Shown piece by piece: positions 39,739 through 50,506 of a stretch of DNA of 64,000 nt. Positions within the stretch are counted from its first letter, which is position 1. Every line of letters starts with the position of its first letter. Source of the stretch: an uncultured archaeon (GTDB taxonomy: Archaea; Asgardarchaeota; Lokiarchaeia; Sigyniarchaeales; SOKP01); contig CAZBPC010000004.1 in assembly GCA_964493715.1 (NCBI GenBank), forward strand, positions 1-64,000. Reading direction: 5' to 3'. The position numbers were made by a program, and so were the translations under genes. The notes below the pieces were generated by a model that saw only the letters and a list, made by a program, of their open reading frames with translations, made no database searches and had not been told where the DNA came from.

Positions 39739-40410
39739 TTGGAAATTATGAATGAAAATGATAGAAAGAAATTGATCTTAGAATCTCGTAAATTTGGTGG
39801 TATAGGTCTTAGGCGTCAAACCTTAAGAATTCATAAAAATGGTGCTAAATTTCCTATTAGTAAAGCATATGTTGATGATGAGTTATTAGATCTTGATATT
39901 TCCTATACTTTAATTTTAATTCCCGAAGCTAAAATTGCAAATGAAAATATTGTTACATTAACAATTTTTAAGAGAAGGAGCGGTCCTAATTTGTTTTACT
40001 CCTTTCCAGAAGATACTCTTGGTAATAAGGAAGAAGAAAGTATCATTGCATTGATGTCTCAATCTTTTAAGGAAAAATTCTTTATCTATAAATCCAGTTT
40101 TGTATCCTCACTAAATTATTATTTTGAGATTCATTCGGATTGGGCTCGTGGAAACAAAGAAATGTTGATGATTAGTGTAATCTTAAATCAGACTATAAAT
40201 AAAGAAATTGAAGAAATAGTTCAATCATTTTGTTTAGAATTAGAATCTCAATTAAACTCTAATGAGGAAACCTTTAAAGCTCTTTATCTCAGTGAAATTA
40301 ATTCATTTTCAGATGAAGAGCAAGTTGAGATCAAGAAAGCTAATGATGACTTAAAGGTTAAAATAAAAAAATTCTATGACAAAATAGACTCTATTGAAAA
40401 GACCGTATGA
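39739..40410 (+). CDS. Longin/uDENN-like domain protein with short N-terminal extra domain
   Basis: F....GP...YS.P, then NYYFEI.S.WARG..EMLMISVI, a pattern resembling Asgard longin/uDENN-like proteins. Confidence 0.55.
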   Translation: MEIMNENDRKKLILESRKFGGIGLRRQTLRIHKNGAKFPISKAYVDDELLDLDISYTLILIPEAKIANENIVTLTIFKRRSGPNLFYSFPEDTLGNKEEESIIALMSQSFKEKFFIYKSSFVSSLNYYFEIHSDWARGNKEMLMISVILNQTINKEIEEIVQSFCLELESQLNSNEETFKALYLSEINSFSDEEQVEIKKANDDLKVKIKKFYDKIDSIEKTV

Positions 40411-40546
40411 TAAATTAATCTTTAATTTTTTTTATTTCTTCTATTTGGATTATACTTAGGAGTTTTCTAGTATAAATTTAAAAGTAACTTATTAGAAAAT
40501 CTACAGTCTGTTGTTGTTTATTTTTACTTAATGTTAAATTAAAATT

Positions 40547-40711
40547 ATGTCATCAAAAGTAGCATCCTATTATGATTGGTCATTAGGTTTTAAAAGTAGT
40601 ACTGACAATGAAATTTCAAAAACCCCAACTTTAAGGAGTATCAATTCTTTAGGCCTCTCAGATGATGATTTTAAAAATTATATCAAGCAGTGGAAATCAA
40701 AAAATCTTTAG
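40547..40711 (+). CDS. Putative 54-aa small protein; not in the ORF track
   Basis: ATG...TAG encoding MSSKVASYYDWSLGFKSSTDNEISKTPTLRSINSLGLSDDDFKNYIKQWKSKNL in an otherwise empty intergenic gap. Confidence 0.45.
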   Translation: MSSKVASYYDWSLGFKSSTDNEISKTPTLRSINSLGLSDDDFKNYIKQWKSKNL

Positions 40712-40806
40712 TTGTAATGTATTATAAAAACCTAATTCTTTTTCATCGTTTTCAAAGATAAATCTTGTTATCTCACATTTATATGAAAAAAATTTATAAT
40801 TCAAGT

Positions 40807-43800
40807 TTAAACGTTAAATTCCGTGAACAATAAAATTGCGAGTAATATAAACCATATTATCACGACAATTATTAAAGTAGTTGTAAGGTAGAATCGCCAT
40901 TTGATTGATATCTTCTGCTTCTTCTCAGTTCTATAGATATATACCTCAACAATAGCTCCTAATGCTAATAATGAGGATAAAATAATTATCAATCCTAATA
41001 AAGGTTCCATATAAGGTAATATGAAAACGAATATAAAAGCAGTCATGCTAATCCAAACCGTTCCAAACCTAGTCATTCTTGTTCTGAAGATTGTATCAAT
41101 ATCATCGGTTCTTCTTGTAGGTAATAAGCCAAGCAGAATTCCGAATATAGCAGCACCAAGTAGAGATGAATGGAAAACATTTAAGGCTGTTGGTAATACA
41201 ATCGGATATACAGAGAAAACATAACCAATGAGTATACCCGCGCCTGCACAGAGTATAAATTTGATTGCTACATAACTTCGTTTGAGAAAATTGTATATGC
41301 CGTGTAATATCTTATTAATGAATGTTCGAAGAGAAAGTATCGCTTTTCTAATGTAATTTACAAAATCATTAAAGAACGCTTTCAACTCTTCCATTAAAAA
41401 TACGAAAATGTATATCAGAATTCCGATTATGAAAATAGAAATTCCCAAGGTCGTTAAATCTATGAGAAATAAAGTGGAAAATACCTCAAGAAAAACAGTA
41501 AGAGTATAGAAAAATGAAATAACTCTTCTTCTCTTATAGGGATTATAAATAATACCGAATTCTAAAGTAGCTACCAATAAAGTGCACCATATATTAAAGA
41601 ACACCATTCCAGGATTAATAATATTAAGTAGTAAAAAGGTATCAATTGGGATGCCGAATCCTAATATTAATAAAGAGATAGATTTAAGCCTCTTTGAAGT
41701 TTTTTCATTTAATGCTCCGACTGTCTTATCAAATCTCAGGAAAATAAATAGCACTACAAAAGCGAATATAATTAAATTCAAGTCTAATACTATGTCTGTA
41801 GTAATAAAATAGAGTGACCAAGAAGAGAAATTGAAATACAAAACAGCAATTAACGCCTTGTTAACAGCTTTTTTAGTCCCAGTGAGTTTTGTTAAATAGA
41901 ATAATTCTATTTCTATAATAAATATTAAAATTGGAATAATCTGAATAGTAGAAGCCAAGATCAAGTCAATGATATACATAAACGAAACGATATTTATTGA
42001 AGCTAGAGAGATCACTAATAAGAATTTTGATAAACGACCCAAAAATAGTAAAAGAACTCTGTCTATTAATACCAATATATGAATAAAAACGCTGATTATA
42101 ATAGAAATCTGGATGATTGGAAGTCCAAGGAAAATTAGATATGAAGCAAAACATAAGACTAATCCAAGATAAAATATATTACCGATTATTTTTTGTCTTT
42201 TAATAGCGCCAAGTTCAAAATCATTCGCTCTTTCAGGATTATTCCTTCGCCTCATGTTATAATAAGCATAATTAGAATAAAACTGTAATAAGATTATTGG
42301 GAGAAATAAGAATTCTATTACATGTAGTTCTGTTTGGGTAGCAAGAATATAAAATATACATGAACCAGATATCATTAATAGACTGAAAATATGCATAATA
42401 TACCCTATTATTTCCCTCAAACCTTTTATACCATAAATTTCAATGATAGAAATGATGAACAAAAGTATTTGAGATAAGAGGAGGCTTGTAAAACTATTTA
42501 AATACAAATTAAAGAATCCAAAAGCAAGGATAGATATCTCGACATAGACGCAGAATTGGATTGTTGTGAACATTTTTTGAATTTTCAGTTTACTTGTTTC
42601 ATTGACAGCATATTTCTTCTTCAAACGTAAGGGATATACCGCTAGAATTGTTTCAATTAGTGCGATAAAACTAAACCAGAATATGGAGATCGAATTTGGA
42701 GTTAATAGCAAGAATTGTAAATCTACCAAAGCTAACGTCCAAAAGACAATTAAACAGGATTGAAATAATATAAATATGCTAAGTTTTAACATGTACTTAC
42801 TTTTCGTTCTCATTTTCTGGTTGAAAATGCTATTCAGTATGAAGAAAAACAAACTAAATAACGTTAAAAATAAAAATATCGAAGTAAATTCTTGAAATGC
42901 ATAAAACTGGGTTAAAATTGAATTGATTTGAAGTGCACCATACACGCAAACAAGTAGATAAAGCGCATTTGAGAGAACAAGATAAGAATTTGATTTATAT
43001 AGTTCTAACTTTTCATCAGTATATCTATTCATTGATTTTAAGATTGAAAAGAATACATGTACAGAATAATTCTGGAGTAATAAAAATAGAAACAAGTATA
43101 ACCAGATTAATATAGAATTTGCACCTGAAATAGATTGCATTGCAAATAAGAATAATGTAATTGAAGCTCCTAAATAACTTATCAAGTTAATAAGACTTAT
43201 ATACCCTTTCTTTATCTTTCTTCTAAATACATAAAGATCTAGGAAAGTTAAAGCAAATAGTATTGATAATGATATTATAATAATTAGAAACATATCGATA
43301 ATTCCTAAATCAATTAATAAATTAGTGGAAAGAATAGTTGTGTCGAAATATAAAATGAGTCCGAAAACAGGCTTAATACTTTTAGAAATTGGCACAAGTT
43401 GACAAATAAGGGTATATAGCAATATTCCCAATAAAAGAATGGTTATAGGTGCAGAAATGGCAGTGATTAAAATAAATCCTTGAATTATTAGTAAGGTAAA
43501 TGCTATAGGTATCATGTACCATATTATATATTTGTAATTGTGCAGTTTAAAATTGAGAAAGATGAGGTTTATTAGAAGAAATAAACCACTAATTAGAAAC
43601 CAAGCTCCTCCAGGTAATATCAATAAGATTAATGAACTAATCGTTAATGAAACACCTAAACTAACTGCTAAATACGCAATGAGACCAGAAATTGGCATTA
43701 AACGTTCATATGGACCCCAAAGCATTTTATAACGATTAAAAATGAAAAATGTTAATCCTCCAACGATTAGAGCTAAAAATAATGCATTCCATCCAAAGCC

Positions 43801-46800
43801 TTCTATAAGGATAAAGGTATGATAAGTCAAAAACGAAAAAGATAATAAAAGTGTCCAGGAAATCAAGAAATTAAGTATAATCTTATTCATTTTAAATAAT
43901 CGAGAGGAAAAGAGAGATGCTGAGGTGATAATTAGTGTTAAATCAAGAGAAGTCCATGGATTTCCTCCTGTAATTAGGTACATCAAATCAAAAACTATAA
44001 GAGAAATTCCTGTTATTAAAACCAAATATGAAATTAAGAGAGAAAAATTACGTTTTGTTCTCATGTTAGGGAAATATGATAGGAAAAAACAAGAAATCCC
44101 AGTAACAGTAATATCAACAGGAATAATGGAATCATATAACCCAATTTCAATAAATACGAAATTGATAAAAGAAATTGAAACAAAGGTAAAAAGAATCCAG
44201 AAGACCATCAATATTTTCCATAATTTCAATTTATAGATAATTGGCATTAGTAAAAATATTGCAAATAATCCAAATGACGAATTAAGAAGAAATTCATTCC
44301 AGCTAAATATGTTTTGGCTGAACCAATATAATAGAGCTAAATTGATCGCCCAGGTACCAAATAAAATTGAAGTAAAGTTTTTCTTAATCCAAGTATACCA
44401 AAATGGAAATGAAATTAAAATACATACCACGAAAGCTAACAAGTAGGATCCTGGAATGTTAAATCCAAAAAGATTTAAAGCTCTAGTAGCTACATAATCA
44501 ACACCTGTAAAAGCTCGAGCAATTAATGCATAATTAACTATCGGGAAAAGTATCCATAACCAAAATCCCGTTTTCCATATCGCCCATGATATTTTCCATT
44601 GATATATACCAATTGAAAGATAATAGAGGAAGATACCCACATTAAGAGATATGATTAATGGGATCCACAGCTCTATAAGGGGATAAATGGAAATAATGAA
44701 AAAATAAATAAATAACGGGGCAGTAATTATGATGGCAGGTAACACGATGAAATAAGAAAGTTTTCTAAATCTCTGAGGTGATTCATTATATAATGAAACA
44801 AAAGTAAACCCTGTTAAGCTGAAAGTTGATGTGAAACTCAAAATTGATTGATATACAGCAAATGGAGGGTTATTAAACATAAACCCATAAAAAATAAAGC
44901 TTGTTAAATCAAACACCGCTAAAACAACACAGGGTCTAATGAATAGCTTGTATCTTGGATCATTTTTCGTATAATAAAAATTTCCCATCAATGCTAAGAA
45001 AATTAATAATGAAATACTGATGTTATATAATGGAGGTAAGAAACCAAACAAGCTTATATATGATAATGTTGAAATTAGGAAATATACAACATATTTTTCT
45101 ATATTATTTATCATCTTTAGATTTAGATTTATTGAAATTATTAGGATTACTATCAGTATTGAATCAGTAATGAGTAAAAATACGGGAGTTTGTATTGCCA
45201 CAAAAAATATAGAATAAGGTTGCATTAAAGATACAATAACTACAAGACCTGTAAACGTGAATAACAAATACGTCACCCATTTGATTATTAAATTTTTATT
45301 CCTTCGAATTAAAAGGATAATTACAGAGATTAACCATAAAACAATTCCTAAAGTAGAATTAGAATAGAAAAATGGAATTAAAGCTAAAAATGATTTTAAA
45401 TAAAGATTTAATAAGTTTGAACTATTTAAAAAAGTCCTAAGTTCTCCCAATCTCATTGAAACATAGTTTAAATAAAAGAACAAGTTACAAATTAGTAAAA
45501 CTATTAGGATTGTATTATTAATTTCAAAAAATGGTATCAAAATCATTAAATTCCAAAACAAGTGAACATATAGAAATAATAGAGCTCCATAAAATAATAC
45601 AATCATGATCGAATTAATGACTTTATTAGGTTTATTATGAATTATAATGATATTTCTGATCAAATTCATCGTTATAGGACTCAAAAATGAAAATACTAAA
45701 ATCGATGAACTTATCGCTATAAAGAACGAAAATATTGACAGGTATGCAAATAATAAAGAGCACGTGATGACTTTTACAATACTCCACGATGATAATAACA
45801 AGATAATCCTCGTTTTCTCAAATTCTATTTCCATGCTCTGGGTACTCAATGTTAATAGTAAAAATACTAGGGAAAAGAATCCTAATTGCAATACAATCGG
45901 TATGAAGGTGAATGAAGGAATTGGAATTAATCCAAGCAACGGATAAAATAGAGATGTTATTAAGCCAGAAGTTGCTAAAATAATAGCAAAAAAGCTAAAA
46001 TTTTTATAAAACTCATAGATCTTATATATCTTGTAAAAATCTAATTTTAAATCTGGATTTTCAAAGATTCTTTGCTTTATGTCATCGATAATAGTTAAAA
46101 CGTTCAAATTTAAGGTTAGAAAAGCGAGAAAAGTACAACTAAGAACGATATAGAAAAGTTGATTAATTTGAGAGGGATTAAAATAAAGAAAGATTTTGAA
46201 GGAAACTAATAAGGAAATAGAAATCCAAATAGTGAGTTGAATAATTTTCAGAAATAATTTACTAATATCTTTTAAAGTTATGTTATCAAGGATATATTCT
46301 AGGTATTTAAGGAAAATATAGATGAGAATGATGGTTGAAATAATTACATAAAAATTATCTATTTGTATTCCCAGTCTAATAAATTCATATCCTACAAATG
46401 TTGGTAATGAAATTATCAATAAGGAAAGAATGATTCCATTAATTACAAGTAATTTTTTGAATAGATCAACATATAATTTAGTTTTTAAAGCATATTTTAT
46501 AGCAATTAGGAATATTACACTAAATACTAAAAATGGGATGATCCATTGAAATGAAGTCCCTTTAGTTAAGTATTCAAATGATAAGTATGAAACTATCCCT
46601 GATGTAAAGATAAGTGAAACTAAATTTATCAATTTGCTGAAAGAAATCGAGAATATAATGCCCTGTTCCGATAATAACATAACTAGTAATCCAATGATGA
46701 TAAATGAGAGGTAGCATGAAACCCAGAAATCTAAAAATGTGAAGAGGATAAACACGGTTACCACAAATACGTAAATTTCAATGAATAGAATGGAATATAA

Positions 46801-49800
46801 AGTAATTGCTGTTTTTTTTGATACATGTATTGGTTTTATATATTTTTTCTTAAATCCGTGTTTAATCAAATAATATATGGCAATTGTAATGTATATAATA
46901 TCTGCAATCAATGCAAGAATGTAAAAATCAAATAAATAATAGTAGAATTCAGAGGATATTAGTAGAAATACTAATAGATTCAATAAATAAAGAGAGAAAT
47001 AAGAAATCTTTTTGAATTTTTCTTGATTAATGAAATTTTTCCTGGAGACATAATAAAATGGAATATAAGAGGTTAATAGAATGAGAATTAAAGAGAAATA
47101 AAAGGAAATAAAATCCAATTGGAAATAAGAGGGAATAATAAATAAGTTAGACATATTTCCAATTGTATAAAGCCAAATCAACACTTCTCCATAAAAAAGC
47201 GTGATACTCGTTAATTTAGTATTTATATTATCAACTGATTTTACAAAAAGAGTAGCAAAATTAGTTAAACCACTCAGTAATAGCATTGAAATCAATATCG
47301 AAAATGTAAGTTGGTTAAAAGGGGGAGGTAAAAATCTAAGAGAAAGGTCATTAAATATGATAAATAGAGCTATGCCTAATGGATAATAAATATTTTTTAA
47401 AAATCTTTGATAAAACCTATCTTGAAAGTATCCTAATTTCACTCCAACTTTAAAAATACCAATGTAACAACCTATTAAGAAGATAATACTAGAAGAAGTT
47501 CCAATTATGAGGTATTCGTTGTAAAATAGCAAGAGATAATTGATAATAAAGGAGAATAAGGTTACTACTATTACGTTCAAAGCAATAAAACAATAGTTAA
47601 CGAACACTTTTCGTTTTAAAATTTTTGCATAAGCTAAATAACCCAAAGGGATGATTGTTGTAATTGATGTTTCGATTATAAGTCCATACAGAAATAAAAT
47701 TCCCTGATAATTAAATATAAAGTACAACCATTCTAATACAAACCATCCATAACCTATAGTGAAGGAAGTTATAGCAGTTTTTACTTTTTTAATGAACGGA
47801 CTTTTGGAAGAACCTCCCAGGTTAATAATAAAGCAAACTACACATGTTGAAAAAAAGTAAGCTATTATCCTTTCTAATCCCATATTTAGAATAAAATATT
47901 GGGAAGACATGAAGAATGTTTCAGTAATTATTAAAAAACCATTAATATTGAATAAAGTAGTGTATGATTTCTCCGATATTTTTCCAATTTTTTTCCCTAA
48001 TGTCAATGCTAAATGGATTAAAATTGAGAGTAATAGAAAATCTAATAATACAGCTGGTACATCACCAAGTGAGTGAACGATTAGCGAAGCAAAAATACTG
48101 AAGATCAAAACCCAGATTGAATTGTAAATGTTATTTATACAGCTTTCACGAGTGAATAAATGAATTAAATAATTAAATGATGAGAATAAAATATAAACCA
48201 AGGGAATCATTAGTGAAGAAAGTGCTAAATTTTGATAAATGGTCACATAACTCAACTGATAAGACCTAACATTTACTAGATAATAAATAATCGAAATTAT
48301 AGATAAAAAGTTAACCACAAACCAAACCCTTAATGTTTTCCAAGAATTTTTATAAAAATGCCTTAAATATAGGAGATACAATGAAAATAAGATACCAATT
48401 AAACCGGGAAGTAAAATGTTGGAAATAAAGAGGATCCATGGATTTGTGGTAAATGAAATAAATTCTAGAGTTAGGTTAGGGTATAAAGTATAGATTATAA
48501 AATAGAAACTTATTACCGCTAAAATATTTTGGGCAATCAAAATGTTCTTTTCCTTATAATAATCCATTGAAACGAATATTTGCAACAAAAAATATGAGGA
48601 AATGAAAAAAATGATGAATTGGATATTATACGCTTCTAGAAGGCTTGAAAATATCTGTGGAATGAGTATAAAAGATATTGTTGCTAACAGTACAAAACTA
48701 TTTAATAAATGAACATGTCTACTTAGATTTCTGGTGATAAATCCTTTCTTTTCTTCTGCACTTGTAATAATATAGATAATTGGTAAGAATAATAGATTAA
48801 GAAAAGCTAAGTGATGAACAAATGAGAATGATAATATTAAGGAAATTAACAAGAGTGATAAAACGAAATTTTGCTTGAAATACTTATTTTCCTGAATTTC
48901 TTCAGTTCCTATCCTTTGAAGTTGATTCTGATAATAAGTTGTAACGTAAAGTATCAATTTAAAATTGATTATTACGAAAATCAATGAAAAAAATGTAGCA
49001 TTAATAATGTCGTAAGTACTAAATGAAGATATTCCCAAAAGTGTATATACTCCTATTATATCAAATGGTAACTGAATAATGAGGATTAAATCTAATGTCA
49101 GTATTGTTTTTACAAAATTTCGTTTATATAGTATTAAATCTCTCAGTATGTTTTCATTGTTGAGGATTCCGTCTTCTATTTTCTTTGAATATGATTTGGA
49201 TGATAACAGTGCTACTGAATAGAAGATTATATTTGTTATTAAAGCAAAAAACCAAGACAATTTGGTATTAAATGAAACTGATAAGAAAATAACTTGTATA
49301 ATGTAATTTATGAAAATAATAATATTATGAGGTTGCTTCAAAACATGCTCAGATTTACTAAAATTCTTAAATTCCCTTTCAGTCATGCTAAAGTAATCAA
49401 TAGGTTGGAAATAATAATAGAAATACACAATATTGTATAATACTGCAAACCCAATTAATGGAAGTAGTTCAAATTCGTTGGTACGATAATTCTCAGTAAA
49501 AAATAAAAATAGAGGGGTATCTACCAACGAAATTATGGTTATAATAAACGTGATATGAATTCGAGATCGAGGATTATTTATTTTATTAAGAAATATAGAA
49601 TTTTTTCTGTATTTATCAAATGGTCTATAAAAAAGCAAAACAGCGAATAGAAAAGCAATAATAGATAATCCAACCGAAATTATGATATCTTTTATAAGGA
49701 AATTGAAAATAAAGTAAGATATAATTGCAAACAATGCGGGAAATACAATTAAATATAATGAAAACCATAAAATTTTCCATAAAGACTCCGTGGCCTTTAC

Positions 49801-49839
49801 TATTCTCTCTTGCGAATTTTCTGATCCATTAGAATTCAT
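40807..49839 (-). CDS. Giant polytopic membrane protein (3010 aa) of unknown function
   Basis: Uninterrupted 9-kb ORF made almost entirely of hydrophobic helices with short basic loops. Confidence 0.85.
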   Translation of the reverse strand: MNSNGSENSQERIVKATESLWKILWFSLYLIVFPALFAIISYFIFNFLIKDIIISVGLSIIAFLFAVLLFYRPFDKYRKNSIFLNKINNPRSRIHITFIITIISLVDTPLFLFFTENYRTNEFELLPLIGFAVLYNIVYFYYYFQPIDYFSMTEREFKNFSKSEHVLKQPHNIIIFINYIIQVIFLSVSFNTKLSWFFALITNIIFYSVALLSSKSYSKKIEDGILNNENILRDLILYKRNFVKTILTLDLILIIQLPFDIIGVYTLLGISSFSTYDIINATFFSLIFVIINFKLILYVTTYYQNQLQRIGTEEIQENKYFKQNFVLSLLLISLILSFSFVHHLAFLNLLFLPIIYIITSAEEKKGFITRNLSRHVHLLNSFVLLATISFILIPQIFSSLLEAYNIQFIIFFISSYFLLQIFVSMDYYKEKNILIAQNILAVISFYFIIYTLYPNLTLEFISFTTNPWILFISNILLPGLIGILFSLYLLYLRHFYKNSWKTLRVWFVVNFLSIISIIYYLVNVRSYQLSYVTIYQNLALSSLMIPLVYILFSSFNYLIHLFTRESCINNIYNSIWVLIFSIFASLIVHSLGDVPAVLLDFLLLSILIHLALTLGKKIGKISEKSYTTLFNINGFLIITETFFMSSQYFILNMGLERIIAYFFSTCVVCFIINLGGSSKSPFIKKVKTAITSFTIGYGWFVLEWLYFIFNYQGILFLYGLIIETSITTIIPLGYLAYAKILKRKVFVNYCFIALNVIVVTLFSFIINYLLLFYNEYLIIGTSSSIIFLIGCYIGIFKVGVKLGYFQDRFYQRFLKNIYYPLGIALFIIFNDLSLRFLPPPFNQLTFSILISMLLLSGLTNFATLFVKSVDNINTKLTSITLFYGEVLIWLYTIGNMSNLFIIPSYFQLDFISFYFSLILILLTSYIPFYYVSRKNFINQEKFKKISYFSLYLLNLLVFLLISSEFYYYLFDFYILALIADIIYITIAIYYLIKHGFKKKYIKPIHVSKKTAITLYSILFIEIYVFVVTVFILFTFLDFWVSCYLSFIIIGLLVMLLSEQGIIFSISFSKLINLVSLIFTSGIVSYLSFEYLTKGTSFQWIIPFLVFSVIFLIAIKYALKTKLYVDLFKKLLVINGIILSLLIISLPTFVGYEFIRLGIQIDNFYVIISTIILIYIFLKYLEYILDNITLKDISKLFLKIIQLTIWISISLLVSFKIFLYFNPSQINQLFYIVLSCTFLAFLTLNLNVLTIIDDIKQRIFENPDLKLDFYKIYKIYEFYKNFSFFAIILATSGLITSLFYPLLGLIPIPSFTFIPIVLQLGFFSLVFLLLTLSTQSMEIEFEKTRIILLLSSWSIVKVITCSLLFAYLSIFSFFIAISSSILVFSFLSPITMNLIRNIIIIHNKPNKVINSIMIVLFYGALLFLYVHLFWNLMILIPFFEINNTILIVLLICNLFFYLNYVSMRLGELRTFLNSSNLLNLYLKSFLALIPFFYSNSTLGIVLWLISVIILLIRRNKNLIIKWVTYLLFTFTGLVVIVSLMQPYSIFFVAIQTPVFLLITDSILIVILIISINLNLKMINNIEKYVVYFLISTLSYISLFGFLPPLYNISISLLIFLALMGNFYYTKNDPRYKLFIRPCVVLAVFDLTSFIFYGFMFNNPPFAVYQSILSFTSTFSLTGFTFVSLYNESPQRFRKLSYFIVLPAIIITAPLFIYFFIISIYPLIELWIPLIISLNVGIFLYYLSIGIYQWKISWAIWKTGFWLWILFPIVNYALIARAFTGVDYVATRALNLFGFNIPGSYLLAFVVCILISFPFWYTWIKKNFTSILFGTWAINLALLYWFSQNIFSWNEFLLNSSFGLFAIFLLMPIIYKLKLWKILMVFWILFTFVSISFINFVFIEIGLYDSIIPVDITVTGISCFFLSYFPNMRTKRNFSLLISYLVLITGISLIVFDLMYLITGGNPWTSLDLTLIITSASLFSSRLFKMNKIILNFLISWTLLLSFSFLTYHTFILIEGFGWNALFLALIVGGLTFFIFNRYKMLWGPYERLMPISGLIAYLAVSLGVSLTISSLILLILPGGAWFLISGLFLLINLIFLNFKLHNYKYIIWYMIPIAFTLLIIQGFILITAISAPITILLLGILLYTLICQLVPISKSIKPVFGLILYFDTTILSTNLLIDLGIIDMFLIIIISLSILFALTFLDLYVFRRKIKKGYISLINLISYLGASITLFLFAMQSISGANSILIWLYLFLFLLLQNYSVHVFFSILKSMNRYTDEKLELYKSNSYLVLSNALYLLVCVYGALQINSILTQFYAFQEFTSIFLFLTLFSLFFFILNSIFNQKMRTKSKYMLKLSIFILFQSCLIVFWTLALVDLQFLLLTPNSISIFWFSFIALIETILAVYPLRLKKKYAVNETSKLKIQKMFTTIQFCVYVEISILAFGFFNLYLNSFTSLLLSQILLFIISIIEIYGIKGLREIIGYIMHIFSLLMISGSCIFYILATQTELHVIEFLFLPIILLQFYSNYAYYNMRRRNNPERANDFELGAIKRQKIIGNIFYLGLVLCFASYLIFLGLPIIQISIIISVFIHILVLIDRVLLLFLGRLSKFLLVISLASINIVSFMYIIDLILASTIQIIPILIFIIEIELFYLTKLTGTKKAVNKALIAVLYFNFSSWSLYFITTDIVLDLNLIIFAFVVLFIFLRFDKTVGALNEKTSKRLKSISLLILGFGIPIDTFLLLNIINPGMVFFNIWCTLLVATLEFGIIYNPYKRRRVISFFYTLTVFLEVFSTLFLIDLTTLGISIFIIGILIYIFVFLMEELKAFFNDFVNYIRKAILSLRTFINKILHGIYNFLKRSYVAIKFILCAGAGILIGYVFSVYPIVLPTALNVFHSSLLGAAIFGILLGLLPTRRTDDIDTIFRTRMTRFGTVWISMTAFIFVFILPYMEPLLGLIIILSSLLALGAIVEVYIYRTEKKQKISIKWRFYLTTTLIIVVIIWFILLAILLFTEFNV

Positions 49840-49968
49840 TAGGAAACCCTCTTTTTTTATTCTTGTTTTATAAAATTAAACACATACAAAAATGTTATGC
49901 AACATATCATCCTAGAACTTTTTTATTTAAAAAGATAAGATCAAAGATTTCGGGTAAAAAGCAGAAGA

Positions 49969-50200
49969 TGCCCCTTAATTAAAATTTTTAGGGGCAAAAT
50001 TCCGATTAATGGGAATAAACTCCCATAAAATTTATAAAGTAATTCCCCCTTAATCTTTTTAGCATAATGTTTATTTCACATCATAATACTACCTGTACAC
50101 TCGCTGGCTATAATAGAGCCATTATTCCCGTAGTATTATGAAGAGAGAACGAATCCTTTTCTTTTACTCCTTTTTATAACCTTGTAGGATTTGTTCTCTT
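49969..50200. other. Cluster of four stem-loops (candidate structured RNA or regulatory leader)
   Basis: Stems at 49969-75/49990-96, 50009-14/50021-26, 50081-92/50130-41 (12 bp perfect) and 50143-57/50186-200 (15 bp with 2 G-U). Confidence 0.5.
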
Positions 50201-50276
50201 GACATTATTACTTCCCACAGAATATAAAATAGGACTAAAGAACTGGATTAATTATCTGCGTGAGATTTAAAAAAGA

Positions 50277-50480
50277 GTGGAGGTGAAAAAAACGCAAAAG
50301 GAATATGCAGAAGGATTTGATCCAAAAGTTATATTAGATTATTATAAAGATTGGAGTTCTGAAAATAGCCCAGTAATGATGGTCTTGGATAATTATTATG
50401 AATATCCTGGAGCTATAGAGTCAGAAGATCAGATTAAAATAGCTTATTTAAGGAAAAAATACAAAAAAACGTCAAAATAA
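50277..50480 (+). CDS. Small hypothetical protein
   Basis: 67-aa ORF with GGAGGTG near its start and protein-like composition. Confidence 0.5.
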   Translation: MEVKKTQKEYAEGFDPKVILDYYKDWSSENSPVMMVLDNYYEYPGAIESEDQIKIAYLRKKYKKTSK

Positions 50481-50506
50481 TACAATCCTTTTTAATCTCT
50501 TATTTT

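Noticed and set aside
50138-50203. AUGA...GA-flanked stem as a second SECIS
   Set aside because: The stem is too long, the loop is U/C-rich rather than A-rich, the core is out of register by one base, and there is no upstream same-strand gene with an in-frame TGA.
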